DNA of 60,409 nt from an uncultured Muribaculaceae bacterium (GTDB lineage Bacteria > Bacteroidota > Bacteroidia > Bacteroidales > Muribaculaceae), in the NCBI GenBank assembly GCA_910589095.1, contig CAJUSN010000001.1:1-60409 (forward strand), read 5' to 3'. Of the stretch, positions 1-9,580 are shown one piece after another; position 1 is the first letter of the stretch, and the number at the start of each line of letters is the position of its first letter. Under the pieces are notes generated by a model that worked only from the letters and a program-made list of their open reading frames with translations, did not search any database and was not told where the DNA came from. A program made the position numbers and the translations under genes.

Positions 1-51
1 TACGAAAATACACTGAAAGATGGATTGACAGATGTCTTCCGACCACTATAA
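1..51 (+). CDS. possible 3' end of a gene entering the window (..YENTLKDGLTDVFRPL*)
   Basis: Frame 1 is open from base 1 to TAA at 49-51 and is followed by a hairpin at 88-127; too short to identify. Confidence 0.3.
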   Translation, partial: YENTLKDGLTDVFRPL

Positions 52-87
52 CCCGGAGGGGCGCACCCGTCCCGACCAAGTAACAGA

Positions 88-127
88 CAGGGCGATGCAT
101 CTGCAAAAAATGCGACGCACCGCCCTG
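88..127. terminator. imperfect hairpin, likely terminator for the MFS gene (possibly bidirectional)
   Basis: CAGGGCGATGC..TGCA/AAAAA/TGCG..GCACCGCCCTG inverted repeat just past the MFS stop. Confidence 0.45.
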
Positions 128-149
128 CGGTATATTAAGTTTTAGGGGA

Positions 150-1856
150 TTATTCTTCAGCGGCCACCACTTCTGCTTCCTCAGTTGCGGCTGTGGGAGT
201 GATGTTGGGTTCCTCGAGGCCGAGATGCTTGGTGCGGTCTACCACCTTGAGGATAAGTCCGAGTACCAGTGCGGCTACGCCGAGCGAAGCAAGCATTACC
301 AACGGTGCTGTGTAATTATAGCTCACTGCAGCCTGCTCGGGGGTGAGGGTACCGTTGGCAAGACCTTGTGCCACTTCAGGGTTGGTATTGTCAAGCACCT
401 TACCGATAAGCAACGGGAAGAGCCAAAGGCCAATATTCTGAATCCAGAAAATAAGAGCGTAGGCCGAACCGATGATTTTGGCATCTACCAGCTTGGGAAC
501 ACTGGGCCACAACGAGGCGGGTACCAACGAGAACGAAGCTCCGAGTACAAGGATTGTCACATATGCAATTGTAACTGAAATGGCTGTGGAGTCCTTGAAC
601 TGAGGCAAAACGAATGCAAACGTCAAGTGACAGAGGATGAGAAGCAGCGAACCGAACACGAGCATGGAAGCGGCACGGCCCTTATAATCCACGTAGTGAC
701 CGAGAATGGGTGTGATACCCACGGCGAGGAGCGGGAACACGGCAAACATGGCGGCTGCCGACTGGCTCATGTAGCCCATATAACAGTAGCCCACAAGAGC
801 CGCAACGGCAAGAGCCATAAGTGAGGCCTTCATAACTTTATTGCGCTGGAAGTTGCTGGCAAAGGCAGCGGCGGCAACAACGAGCATTATCAGATACTGC
901 ACCACAGTTGCCGAGGGGCTGGCCCAGAAACTATCCGCGGCAGGTGCAACGAAGCTGATGTTGCACTGAAGCATATTGACGGCATATTTCTGGAAGGGGA
1001 AGATAGCTGAATAGTAAAGCACACATAGCAGTGCCACCAGCCAGAACCCTCCGCTGGAAAGGATCTTGCCAAGGTCGGAAATCTTGAATGGATCATCTTT
1101 CTCCTCCTCAGCACCGGTCTGACGGTCAAGAGTACGGTCCATGAAGAAATAGACCACAAACATTATCAGTGCTATCATCAGGAGAACCACACCAAAGGCA
1201 ACGGAACGAGACACACTTACCTCACCACCAAGAGTGGCAAAAAGCGGAGAGAATATCATACAGGTAGCCACACCCAGACGGGCGAGTGCCATCTCCGATC
1301 CCATGGCGAGTGCCATTTCGCGTCCTTTGAACCATTTCACTATACCGCGGCTCACAGTGATACCGGCCATCTCAACGCCACATCCGAATATCATGAAACC
1401 TATGGCCGAAAACTTGGCCGATGCGGGCATCCCTTCATAGAAAGGTGAAACGCCAAGGTCGTCAAACACCGGTATATGGTTCAAGTGGGTGTTGAACCAC
1501 TGGTACAACGGATTCGCCTCATTGCAGAAAGCATCGGTGAGGGCATACCAATTGATGGTAGCACCCACAAGCATCACAGCACCCGAAAGGAGAGCGGTGA
1601 AGCGCACCCCCATCTTGTCCAGGATGATACCTGCAAAAATGAGGAAGAAGATAAACACATTGAGGAACGTTTCGGACCCCTGCATGGTACCGAATGCAAG
1701 TGAATCCCATCCGCGAGTCTCCTGCAGGAGATTCTTGATGGGCGAGAGTATATCCATGAAGATATACGAACAGAACATTGCAAATGCAAGCAACGCGAGC
1801 GCGGTCCAGCGCGCCCAAGCCTTGTCATTCAATGCTGCGGCAGTTGAAGTTGTCAT
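150..1856 (-). CDS. MFS transporter
   Basis: Many TM helices, motif A-like GIILDKMGVR and GHYVDYKGR; ATG at 1856 lies downstream of a TAATTTTG box (1884-1891). Confidence 0.9.
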   Translation of the reverse strand: MTTSTAAALNDKAWARWTALALLAFAMFCSYIFMDILSPIKNLLQETRGWDSLAFGTMQGSETFLNVFIFFLIFAGIILDKMGVRFTALLSGAVMLVGATINWYALTDAFCNEANPLYQWFNTHLNHIPVFDDLGVSPFYEGMPASAKFSAIGFMIFGCGVEMAGITVSRGIVKWFKGREMALAMGSEMALARLGVATCMIFSPLFATLGGEVSVSRSVAFGVVLLMIALIMFVVYFFMDRTLDRQTGAEEEKDDPFKISDLGKILSSGGFWLVALLCVLYYSAIFPFQKYAVNMLQCNISFVAPAADSFWASPSATVVQYLIMLVVAAAAFASNFQRNKVMKASLMALAVAALVGYCYMGYMSQSAAAMFAVFPLLAVGITPILGHYVDYKGRAASMLVFGSLLLILCHLTFAFVLPQFKDSTAISVTIAYVTILVLGASFSLVPASLWPSVPKLVDAKIIGSAYALIFWIQNIGLWLFPLLIGKVLDNTNPEVAQGLANGTLTPEQAAVSYNYTAPLVMLASLGVAALVLGLILKVVDRTKHLGLEEPNITPTAATEEAEVVAAEE

Positions 1857-2030
1857 AGAAGTAATGATTGATTTATTTTGCCACAAAATTACAAAAATAG
1901 TGAAACTTTTTGAAATTTTATCCTAACTTTTGAAGTAACATTCTTAGATGCAAAGCCTGAAATCCTTTCAATATGTTTCCTGAATAAGCAGTTTTTGTTA
2001 ATTTTGCAGAGAATCCACAAGTTTCAGCTT

Positions 2031-3188
2031 ATGCCCAACCGTCAACCCTTCACACTGGACCGTGTGGTCCGCATGGTGATTGCCATAGCCATAGTGTTTG
2101 GAATCATTTGGCTCATCGACATCCTGAAAGATGTGCTGCTCCCCTTCCTGGTAGCTTGCCTCATAGCCTATATATTCGAACCGTTCGTTCAACACAACCG
2201 TAAGCTGCTCAAGCTCAAAGGGCGCACTGCCGCCGTGTTCATAACGCTTTTTGAAGCGCTGTTCTTTCTTGCAGTTGTCATCTACTTCATCTCTCCCATG
2301 GTGTCGGAAGAGCTTCACCAGATGGCCGCTATAATGAAAAATTATGCGTCGTCGAAGGGCACCGTGCGCTTCCTCCCGGTGGAATTGCAGCAATTGCTGC
2401 GCGATAGTTTCGACTTCCATCATCTCAGCGAAATGCTCTCGCAGCAGGATTGGATGCCGATTATCACAGACACCCTTAAAGCCACTTGGGATGTGATCAC
2501 AAGCGGATGGAATGTGCTGCTTGGAATTGTGTCTTGGCTCATCGTGGCCCTCTATGTAGTGTTCATCATGCTTGATTACGAGCGTCTGGAGCGGGGTTAC
2601 CAGTCACTGATACCCCGTAAGATGCGCCCGATGGCCACCTCCATCACACGCGACATCGTGAACAACATGAACCGCTACTTCCGCGGCCAAGCGCTTATTG
2701 CCTTCATCGTGGGTATTCTCTTCGCCATAGGGTTCTCTATAGTAGGGCTGCCCATGGCCATTATTTTGGGTCTCTTCATCGGGCTGCTCAATCTGGTGCC
2801 TTATCTCCAGGTTATCTCCATAATCCCCACTGCCGTACTATGTCTGGTATATGCAGTTGGTGGCGGAGGCGAATTCTGGACACTGTTTTGGGAATGTGTG
2901 GCCGTCTATTGCATAGTGCAAGCCATTCAGGACCTGTTCCTCACGCCTAAAATCATGGGTAAAGCAATGGGACTGAATCCGGCCATAATCCTCCTCGCAC
3001 TCTCCGTATGGGGCACTTTGCTCGGATTCATTGGGCTTATCATAGCTCTCCCGCTCACCACTCTCCTCATATCCTATTACCGCCATTATATAGTCGAGGG
3101 CATTGACAACCGCTCCGGCGGAAAACCCGGAGCTACCCGCTCCGAGCTGGAGAATTTTGACGATGTGGTTTACGATGACAAGTTATAA
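2031..3188 (+). CDS. AI-2E family (PerM/UPF0118) transporter
   Basis: Hydrophobic; LLPFLVACLIAYIFEP, YFRGQ, NLVPYL and LTPKIMGKAMGLNP motifs; TAATTTTG at 1999-2006. Confidence 0.88.
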   Translation: MPNRQPFTLDRVVRMVIAIAIVFGIIWLIDILKDVLLPFLVACLIAYIFEPFVQHNRKLLKLKGRTAAVFITLFEALFFLAVVIYFISPMVSEELHQMAAIMKNYASSKGTVRFLPVELQQLLRDSFDFHHLSEMLSQQDWMPIITDTLKATWDVITSGWNVLLGIVSWLIVALYVVFIMLDYERLERGYQSLIPRKMRPMATSITRDIVNNMNRYFRGQALIAFIVGILFAIGFSIVGLPMAIILGLFIGLLNLVPYLQVISIIPTAVLCLVYAVGGGGEFWTLFWECVAVYCIVQAIQDLFLTPKIMGKAMGLNPAIILLALSVWGTLLGFIGLIIALPLTTLLISYYRHYIVEGIDNRSGGKPGATRSELENFDDVVYDDKL

Positions 3189-3213
3189 AAACGGTTAATA
3201 CACTGTATCCGCA

Positions 3214-4299
3214 TCAGTGTATGTTGCGGCGGTCAAGCTCGGCTTGATATCGGCGTGCATTGGCCATGTGCGTCCCGTAGTCTACTGCGAAATTGTGGTA
3301 GCCCGAAAAGTCCTCCTTGGCACACATGTACAAATAATCGTGAGCCGGAGCATTCAGCACTGCGTCGATCGACTGCTTGGTAGCTATGCGTATAGGTCCA
3401 GGCGGAAGTCCGGGATTGCGGTAGGTATTGTAGGGCGACTCCGTGCGCAACATATCATTCGTGATACGCTTGATTGAGAAATCACCTATGGCAAATTTCA
3501 CCGTAGGATCGGCTTGGAGCGGCATCTTCTTGGCTATACGATTGAGATACAGGCGTGCCACTTTGGGACGCTCATCGCTCATAGCAGTTTCCTCCTCAAT
3601 GATAGATGCCACCGTTGCTACCTGCTCGGGAGTCAGCCCAAGCGCTTTCGCTTTGCTACGGCGCTCGGGAGTCCAAAACTTCTCACGATAATCATATAGC
3701 TTCTTTATAACAGCATCCGGAGTGGTACCCCAGTAGAATTCGTAAGTATCCGGAAGGAAAGCTGCCGGAAAGGTAGCCTCATTGAATCCCTCAGGAATCA
3801 GCACCGAATCCAACGCCGCAATAAAATCATCGGGCGTAAACTCAAGATTCTTGGCCACCGCTTCGGCCATCTGGTCAAGTGTTCTCACACTGTTCCATCG
3901 CACCTTTACCGGTGTTTGCCGTCCGCGCGATATGCGCCTCGCCGTTGACCATACCGTCTGGCCCGGTTCCACCAGATAAGCTCCGCGAGCCACGGAAGGC
4001 GAACTTCCCATCATGGCCCACAAATCAGCCACCCGGTTCCCCTCATCCATTCCCAATCGCGTTTGTAGCGAATCGCGCACACTGCGGTCAGAGGCTCCAC
4101 CGGGGATATAGACCCACACGGCCTCTCCTTTGTGAGTACGCAGACAAAGGTTCGATACAATGATGGCTCCTGAGATCAGAATCACCGCGGCCACACACAC
4201 CAACACAAACCAGGTGCGCTTATAGAACGGTCGCTTGTCTTTTGCCGACTTGCGCCCACGTCCTTTCTTATTTGTTGTTTTTGTTGTTGTTTTTGCCAT
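3214..4299 (-). CDS. mltG: endolytic transglycosylase MltG (YceG family)
   Basis: N-terminal TM; FLPDTY, ASIIEEET, LQADPTV, SPYNTY and GLPPGPI motifs. Confidence 0.93.
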   Translation of the reverse strand: MAKTTTKTTNKKGRGRKSAKDKRPFYKRTWFVLVCVAAVILISGAIIVSNLCLRTHKGEAVWVYIPGGASDRSVRDSLQTRLGMDEGNRVADLWAMMGSSPSVARGAYLVEPGQTVWSTARRISRGRQTPVKVRWNSVRTLDQMAEAVAKNLEFTPDDFIAALDSVLIPEGFNEATFPAAFLPDTYEFYWGTTPDAVIKKLYDYREKFWTPERRSKAKALGLTPEQVATVASIIEEETAMSDERPKVARLYLNRIAKKMPLQADPTVKFAIGDFSIKRITNDMLRTESPYNTYRNPGLPPGPIRIATKQSIDAVLNAPAHDYLYMCAKEDFSGYHNFAVDYGTHMANARRYQAELDRRNIH

Positions 4300-4308
4300 A
4301 ATCAATTG

Positions 4309-4357
4309 CAAATTTACTAACTAAATTTTTCAAGAAAAAGATTTATTGCTAATTTTG
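4309..4357. promoter_or_regulatory. divergent Bacteroidota -7 promoter boxes (TAAATTTG on -, TAATTTTG on +)
   Basis: TAnnTTTG matches at 4309-4316(-) and 4350-4357(+) between divergent genes. Confidence 0.6.
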
Positions 4358-4397
4358 TGGGCAAAACCATCCGTTGCAGAATCAAACGAACATTGTA

Positions 4398-4931
4398 ATG
4401 AAACGAATATACCCTTTCCTGCCGGTGGCCGCATGTGTGCTCCTCGCAGCCTCCGCTTGTTCCAACAGCAAGTCCGACTCTACACAGGCTCAGATCGAAG
4501 CCATTGATGTGAGCCAGTTTACAGGCTCCAACGCCGTGTCCTCCTCCCGGACTATCGACTCCCTGGCTTTACAGGCCGATTTTCTCACACCGGACCAAAG
4601 TGTCGGAGTGCTCGTAGGACTCAGCGAAATAGTAAAAAACAAGCAAGGCAACGAGCGATATGAGTACATGCGTAAATTCGTGGACACCTACGACATCATC
4701 TCTTCGCGAGGTGACGAATTCGCACAGGCCCTTTCATCGTCCAAGTCTTCCACCGGAATAGACCTCCCGGCCATGTTCGCTCAATATCGCGATGTGCTTA
4801 ACGACGAAGCCGATGATGGCACCACTTTCGAGGATGGCGACCAAGGGGCCACAAACGTACCGACTCAAAAGGAAGCGCCTGCTGAAACAAAAACAGAGGA
4901 AACTCCTGCTCCGGCCGATTCCGTCAAGTAA
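4398..4931 (+). CDS. hypothetical lipoprotein
   Basis: Signal peptide ending in LLAASA-C, acidic low-complexity tail. Confidence 0.75.
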   Translation: MKRIYPFLPVAACVLLAASACSNSKSDSTQAQIEAIDVSQFTGSNAVSSSRTIDSLALQADFLTPDQSVGVLVGLSEIVKNKQGNERYEYMRKFVDTYDIISSRGDEFAQALSSSKSSTGIDLPAMFAQYRDVLNDEADDGTTFEDGDQGATNVPTQKEAPAETKTEETPAPADSVK

Positions 4932-4996
4932 CCACTCTTGCCCCTCTTTTTCAATTTGCATAACCAAATCATCAATATTCCTAATCATCACATAAC

Positions 4997-6163
4997 ATGA
5001 TGCGTAAAACTCTGATCACACTCTCACTCGCGGCCGCCGCGATTTCAGCGCAGGCTCAGCAAGTGATAGCAACACCCCGCTTCGACAGCAACTGGTCGGT
5101 TGGCCTCGATGGCGGTGTTACCACACCCATGGCCCATGGCCACGCCTTCTTCGGCGATATGCGCGCACTCATAGGCGCACACGTGCAGAAACAGATTTCA
5201 CCCGCCTTCGGAGTAGGTGTTGAGGCCACTTTCGGTATCAACACTTCGTCATGGTACGGCTGGAAGCAGTCCACTGCCTTTGATAATTCCTATGTAGGTG
5301 TGTATGGGGCTGTAAACCTCATGAATCTGTTCGGTGGCTACCGTTGCGCTCCACGTGTTTTTGAAATAGAACTGGTGGGTGGCGCCGGATGGGGCCATGA
5401 CTACACCAACAACGGCCCCAACGAAAACTATGGGTTGCCCGATGCGAACTACTTCGCAACCAAAGCCGGCTTCAACTTCAACTTCAATGTAAACAATCAC
5501 GTCACCCTGTCACTGAAACCTTACATGGGTTGGAACATGACCGGAAGCCGCTACGAAGGAAACCTCGACATTGCAGGAACATCAGCCGGCTACACACGCA
5601 AGCTCGCCACTTTCAACTGCCTTGTGGGCGTGACTTACAATTTCGGTCCGCGATTCACCTGCGTCACTCCCGGCAATGGCGACGAAGCCGCGCGCCTGAA
5701 TGAAGAGATCAACCGTCTGCGCGCCGACATCGCTGCGTGCAACGCCGCCACTGCTGCCGCTGCTGCAACTGCAGCCGATCTGGCAAATCAGCTCCAAGCC
5801 TGCAAAAACCGCAAGCCCGAAGTTGTAAAAGAGGTTAACAATAATCTCCAGAGCGTGCGCTATATTTTCTATAAAGTGGGCAGTTCCGTAATAACTCCTG
5901 ACCAGATGCCCAACGTGGAAATGGTGGCATCCTATATGAACCATCACAAGGACTCACGCGTCCTTGTCAAGGGTTATGCATCGCAGGATGGAAACCTTGA
6001 CTTCAACATCAAGCTTGCCCAAGCTCGTGCCGAATCAGTGAAAAACGCGCTTGTGAGCAAATATGGCATCAAGGCATCACGCATCCAGGCCGAAGGCGAA
6101 GGTGTGGGCCACATGTTCAGCGAAAACGACTGGAATCGCGTTTCAATCTGTACTCTTGACTGA
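4997..6163 (+). CDS. OmpA family outer-membrane protein
   Basis: Signal peptide, beta-barrel N-domain, coiled-coil linker, C-terminal OmpA peptidoglycan-binding domain (GYAS..G...N.KLAQARAESV). Confidence 0.92.
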   Translation: MMRKTLITLSLAAAAISAQAQQVIATPRFDSNWSVGLDGGVTTPMAHGHAFFGDMRALIGAHVQKQISPAFGVGVEATFGINTSSWYGWKQSTAFDNSYVGVYGAVNLMNLFGGYRCAPRVFEIELVGGAGWGHDYTNNGPNENYGLPDANYFATKAGFNFNFNVNNHVTLSLKPYMGWNMTGSRYEGNLDIAGTSAGYTRKLATFNCLVGVTYNFGPRFTCVTPGNGDEAARLNEEINRLRADIAACNAATAAAAATAADLANQLQACKNRKPEVVKEVNNNLQSVRYIFYKVGSSVITPDQMPNVEMVASYMNHHKDSRVLVKGYASQDGNLDFNIKLAQARAESVKNALVSKYGIKASRIQAEGEGVGHMFSENDWNRVSICTLD

Positions 6164-6187
6164 CAAACCGATTCCTCATCCCCATAT

Positions 6188-6232
6188 TTCATCCCGGCTC
6201 CGCGCAATGTGACGGCCGGGATGAACTTTTTT
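6188..6232 (+). terminator. intrinsic terminator after the OmpA gene
   Basis: TTCATCCCGGC...GCCGGGATGAA stem followed by a T-tract. Confidence 0.8.
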
Positions 6233-6281
6233 CCCCTCCCGGGTGTTCTCCAAGCAGTAAGTATTCATAAATTCATCACAA

Positions 6282-8087
6282 ATGCGCCATTTCATCTCAG
6301 TAGCCGCAGCTGTAATGCTCGGCTCATTTACCATACTGACTGCGGAAGCAAAAAATAAAAAGCATCCGTCGCCCTCGCCAAGCACTATTGTCGAGGCGCT
6401 TAGCAATGTGGAATGTTATCATGCCACAGCTGAGTTCAATGTGACAATGCCCCAGCTCAACGACGATGTGGTCTATCGTCTTGACCTCATCCAACGGTCC
6501 GCCCCCTCCGACTCTCTTCTCTCATGCTCTTACCTGATTGACTGGACTCTTACCACACGTGAGGACCCGGTGAAAGGCTTTTCAGCCTATTATGACGGTA
6601 ATCACTACCGATACGGCGGAGAACGCCTGCAGGAGTACCACATGAAGTGGGATCCCGCACCTTTCACAACCCGTACCTCCGGCCCCGGATCCGTGACTGG
6701 AGTGCAACGCACCGCACAGTTCGCCAACCTGCTTCCTGCCACTCTTGCCGAGGAACTGGAGCGCATCATGAAGAGCGATTCCTACAGTGTGGTCATGCAC
6801 CCAGACACAATCATAGGCGGGGAACGTTGCGTGGCATTGGAAGCCGTGATGGAACTCAACGGTGTTACTGCCATGGAGGCAACCTATGCTTTTTCACCCC
6901 GCACTCTGATGCCACTCAGCATCTGCTTCGAGAACAATCCCGGCTCCATAAGTGAACAAACCGTCAATGTGAAATACCTTACCACTGACCTATCGGAGAA
7001 ATGCGAGCCGATTTCAGAACAATGGCTCATGCAGCGTTACACCGGAGTATTCGAAAACTTCCGCGAAAGCAATTTCCGCATCGAAAACCTTCCCGGCACC
7101 CGCATGCCCGGCTTCGCACTCCCAACCACAACGGGCGAACGCTACCAGCGTCGATCGGCCGACTCTTTCGCCACCCCCACCATCATAGCTCTTCTCGATG
7201 CCTCCCAAGGTTATACTGCCTCTGTAGTCGAGGCTTTGCGACAAGCAGTCGACGCCCTGCCCTACAACGCTGACCTCATAATGGCTTTCGTTGACAAGCA
7301 TGTCGACGCCATTGAAGAGACAGTCCCCTCTATCCGTCCCGGAGAGCATCTGCTCATGAGCGCGAAACCGCTAACACGCGATTGCGGAGCAGCATCATTA
7401 CCGGCAGTGATTTTGGCCGATGCAACCGGCACGGTAAGAAATGTCATCGTTGGCTACAACAATGACCTTGCATCAGATGTTATACAGAAAATGGCTCTGA
7501 TTCCTGCCTCCGGAAATGCACCCGAGGCGGCCTCGGATAATGAAATTACAAACACAGACAATACTATTAATTCCCCTATGGAAACAGTACATTTCAAAGG
7601 ACAGACATGCCACACCTACGGCAATTTACCCTCAGTAGGTACCCAAGCCCCCCAGTTCAATCTCGCAGCCGCCGATCTCTCGGCCGTAAAATCTGACGAT
7701 TACAAGGGCAAGAACATAGTACTCAATATTTTCCCCAGCCTTGACACTGAAGTGTGCGCACGCAGCGTTCGCCGTTTCAACGAAGAGGCAGGCAAACTGG
7801 ACAACACGGCTGTCATATGCGTTTCTCAGGACCTTCCTTTCGCCATGAGCCGCTTCTGCACCATCGAAGGTCTGAAAAATGTCATTCCTGCGTCAGCATT
7901 CCGTTCGCCCCAGTTCGGTGAAAAATATGGCGTTATGCTGGTTGACGGTCCCCTTGCAGGACTCCTCACCCGCGCCGTCATAATCATCGGTCCGGACGGA
8001 ACCGTGAAGTACCGCGATCTGGTCAACGAAATCACCGATGAACCTGACTACGAAGCAGCCATCCGTGTACTTGAAGGCAAGTATTAA
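6282..8087 (+). CDS. tpx: secreted protein with redoxin-like domain fused in frame to a C-terminal thiol peroxidase (Tpx)
   Basis: Signal peptide; central MPGFALPT..G redoxin-like segment; the last 169 aa from ATG 7578 are a complete Tpx (FPSLDTEVC, SQDLPFAMSRFC, EPDYEAA). Confidence 0.8.
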   Translation: MRHFISVAAAVMLGSFTILTAEAKNKKHPSPSPSTIVEALSNVECYHATAEFNVTMPQLNDDVVYRLDLIQRSAPSDSLLSCSYLIDWTLTTREDPVKGFSAYYDGNHYRYGGERLQEYHMKWDPAPFTTRTSGPGSVTGVQRTAQFANLLPATLAEELERIMKSDSYSVVMHPDTIIGGERCVALEAVMELNGVTAMEATYAFSPRTLMPLSICFENNPGSISEQTVNVKYLTTDLSEKCEPISEQWLMQRYTGVFENFRESNFRIENLPGTRMPGFALPTTTGERYQRRSADSFATPTIIALLDASQGYTASVVEALRQAVDALPYNADLIMAFVDKHVDAIEETVPSIRPGEHLLMSAKPLTRDCGAASLPAVILADATGTVRNVIVGYNNDLASDVIQKMALIPASGNAPEAASDNEITNTDNTINSPMETVHFKGQTCHTYGNLPSVGTQAPQFNLAAADLSAVKSDDYKGKNIVLNIFPSLDTEVCARSVRRFNEEAGKLDNTAVICVSQDLPFAMSRFCTIEGLKNVIPASAFRSPQFGEKYGVMLVDGPLAGLLTRAVIIIGPDGTVKYRDLVNEITDEPDYEAAIRVLEGKY

Positions 8088-8111
8088 ACTCCCATATCTT
8101 TAGTGAATGCA

Positions 8112-8143
8112 AGCAGCCCGCATCTCTCCGGATGCGGGCTGCT
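8112..8143. terminator. bidirectional terminator between convergent genes
   Basis: Perfect 13-bp stem AGCAGCCCGCATC/GATGCGGGCTGCT. Confidence 0.8.
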
Positions 8144-8171
8144 ATATTTTTCCAAGACAGCTACAAACGAA

Positions 8172-9485
8172 TCAGTCTATAAGCTGAGCAACCTGTGACT
8201 TTGAAATGGAAGGGATGTAAACCGCCATAGTGTCATGGCCTCCATGACCAACAATGAAATAGAGTGCCTCTCCCGTGCGTCCATCCGAAGAAGTGGGGTT
8301 GAAATAGAAACGAGCTATGTTATGCCTGCTGTCATCCTCATTGAAACGTATAAGGTCAGCAGGGATTACTGATACAGCCTCAAGGAGCGCGGCACGCGGT
8401 TCGGCGTTACCACAAGCTGCAGCCTCACCTTTTAACCCCTTGAAACGGTCACGGAACGCGGCACGGTTTATATCCTTGCCTGTCTGCATTCCGGGAATTT
8501 TTGTCACGCGGTCATAGACACTCTTTAGCGAGCTGAATCCCTCGGGAGCGGGGAGCGTGAGCTCAACCACCACAGGAAAATGATCCGAAGGCGTACGGGG
8601 CGTGAATTTGTGGGCTACAATCTCACCCGGAGCATCGCCGAGCTCAACGTGTGCCGTGTCGCCGTCGTCAGTGCGGTAAGTGTCGGTTAGCACACCGTAT
8701 TTACGAATTTTCACCCCGGGTGTAACAAACACGTGGTCAATACGTGATGTGGTATATTCATCCGTATGATAGCTGTTGAAAGTTCCGTTAGGAGCATAGC
8801 GAATCTCGGCAATTTCATAAGAATCATTCATATCACCGTTGCCAAGCATGGTGCGGTACGACTGGTGTGTCTGATCCACGTTGAAATCGCCTGTTACCAT
8901 TGCAGGCGCACCATTGGCCACCTCTCCGATACGCTCTTTCACCAGTTTGGCACTCTCTATGCGGGCTTGCTTGCCCACGTGGTCCATGTGGAGATTCATG
9001 AACACAAACACCTGTCCGGAGGGATAATGGAGGAACTTGCCCCATGAGCATATGCGGGGGCACACGGCATCCCAACCCAACCCGGGACGGTCAGGCATTT
9101 CCGAAAGCCAGAAATCGCCATGGTCAAGAAGTTCGAACATGTCAGTGCGATAAAATATAGCTGAATGTTCACCCTCATCTTTGCCATCTTCACGGCCTAG
9201 ACCGGTGTAAGCATAACCGGGGAGCCGATTTACCAGACTGTCAAGCTGATGTTTGAATCCTTCTTGAGTACCGAAAATGTCAAATCCATGGAAACGTATC
9301 AGCTCGGCGAGCACCGGCAAACGCCTTCCCCAGCCATTGCCCGCCACGGAGTCATGATGATTGGCCTGGCGTAAGTTATAGCTTGCGGCTGTAAACGACG
9401 GCTCGCCACTCTTAGATACAGCTCCGCCGTAAAGAGCCGTGGCCGCGAGCATCAGTGATGAAAGTACGCGTGTGAATTTATTCAT
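8172..9485 (-). CDS. endonuclease/exonuclease/phosphatase family protein, secreted, with an extra C-terminal domain
   Basis: SYNLR, GTQE, GDFN, RIDHVF and SDHFPV motifs; signal peptide. Confidence 0.88.
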   Translation of the reverse strand: MNKFTRVLSSLMLAATALYGGAVSKSGEPSFTAASYNLRQANHHDSVAGNGWGRRLPVLAELIRFHGFDIFGTQEGFKHQLDSLVNRLPGYAYTGLGREDGKDEGEHSAIFYRTDMFELLDHGDFWLSEMPDRPGLGWDAVCPRICSWGKFLHYPSGQVFVFMNLHMDHVGKQARIESAKLVKERIGEVANGAPAMVTGDFNVDQTHQSYRTMLGNGDMNDSYEIAEIRYAPNGTFNSYHTDEYTTSRIDHVFVTPGVKIRKYGVLTDTYRTDDGDTAHVELGDAPGEIVAHKFTPRTPSDHFPVVVELTLPAPEGFSSLKSVYDRVTKIPGMQTGKDINRAAFRDRFKGLKGEAAACGNAEPRAALLEAVSVIPADLIRFNEDDSRHNIARFYFNPTSSDGRTGEALYFIVGHGGHDTMAVYIPSISKSQVAQLID

Positions 9486-9513
9486 AATTATAGGTGTTTA
9501 GGTAATTAGGATT

Positions 9514-9541
9514 CAAAATTACAAAAAAAATAGTAATTTTG
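9514..9541. promoter_or_regulatory. back-to-back -7 boxes driving the EEP gene (-) and the FHA/PP2C/SEDS-PBP/kinase cluster (+)
   Basis: CAAAATTA at 9514-9521 and TAATTTTG at 9534-9541. Confidence 0.65.
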
Positions 9542-9580
9542 CATTATTACCGTCAATTCACCAAGCTGATCAGTTTAGCC

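Noticed and set aside
19..60. Weak resemblance to the 26101/53131 element (GATGGATTGACAGATG..AACCCGGA)
   Set aside because: Lacks the hairpin and the invariant 21-mer, and is better explained as the end of a CDS.
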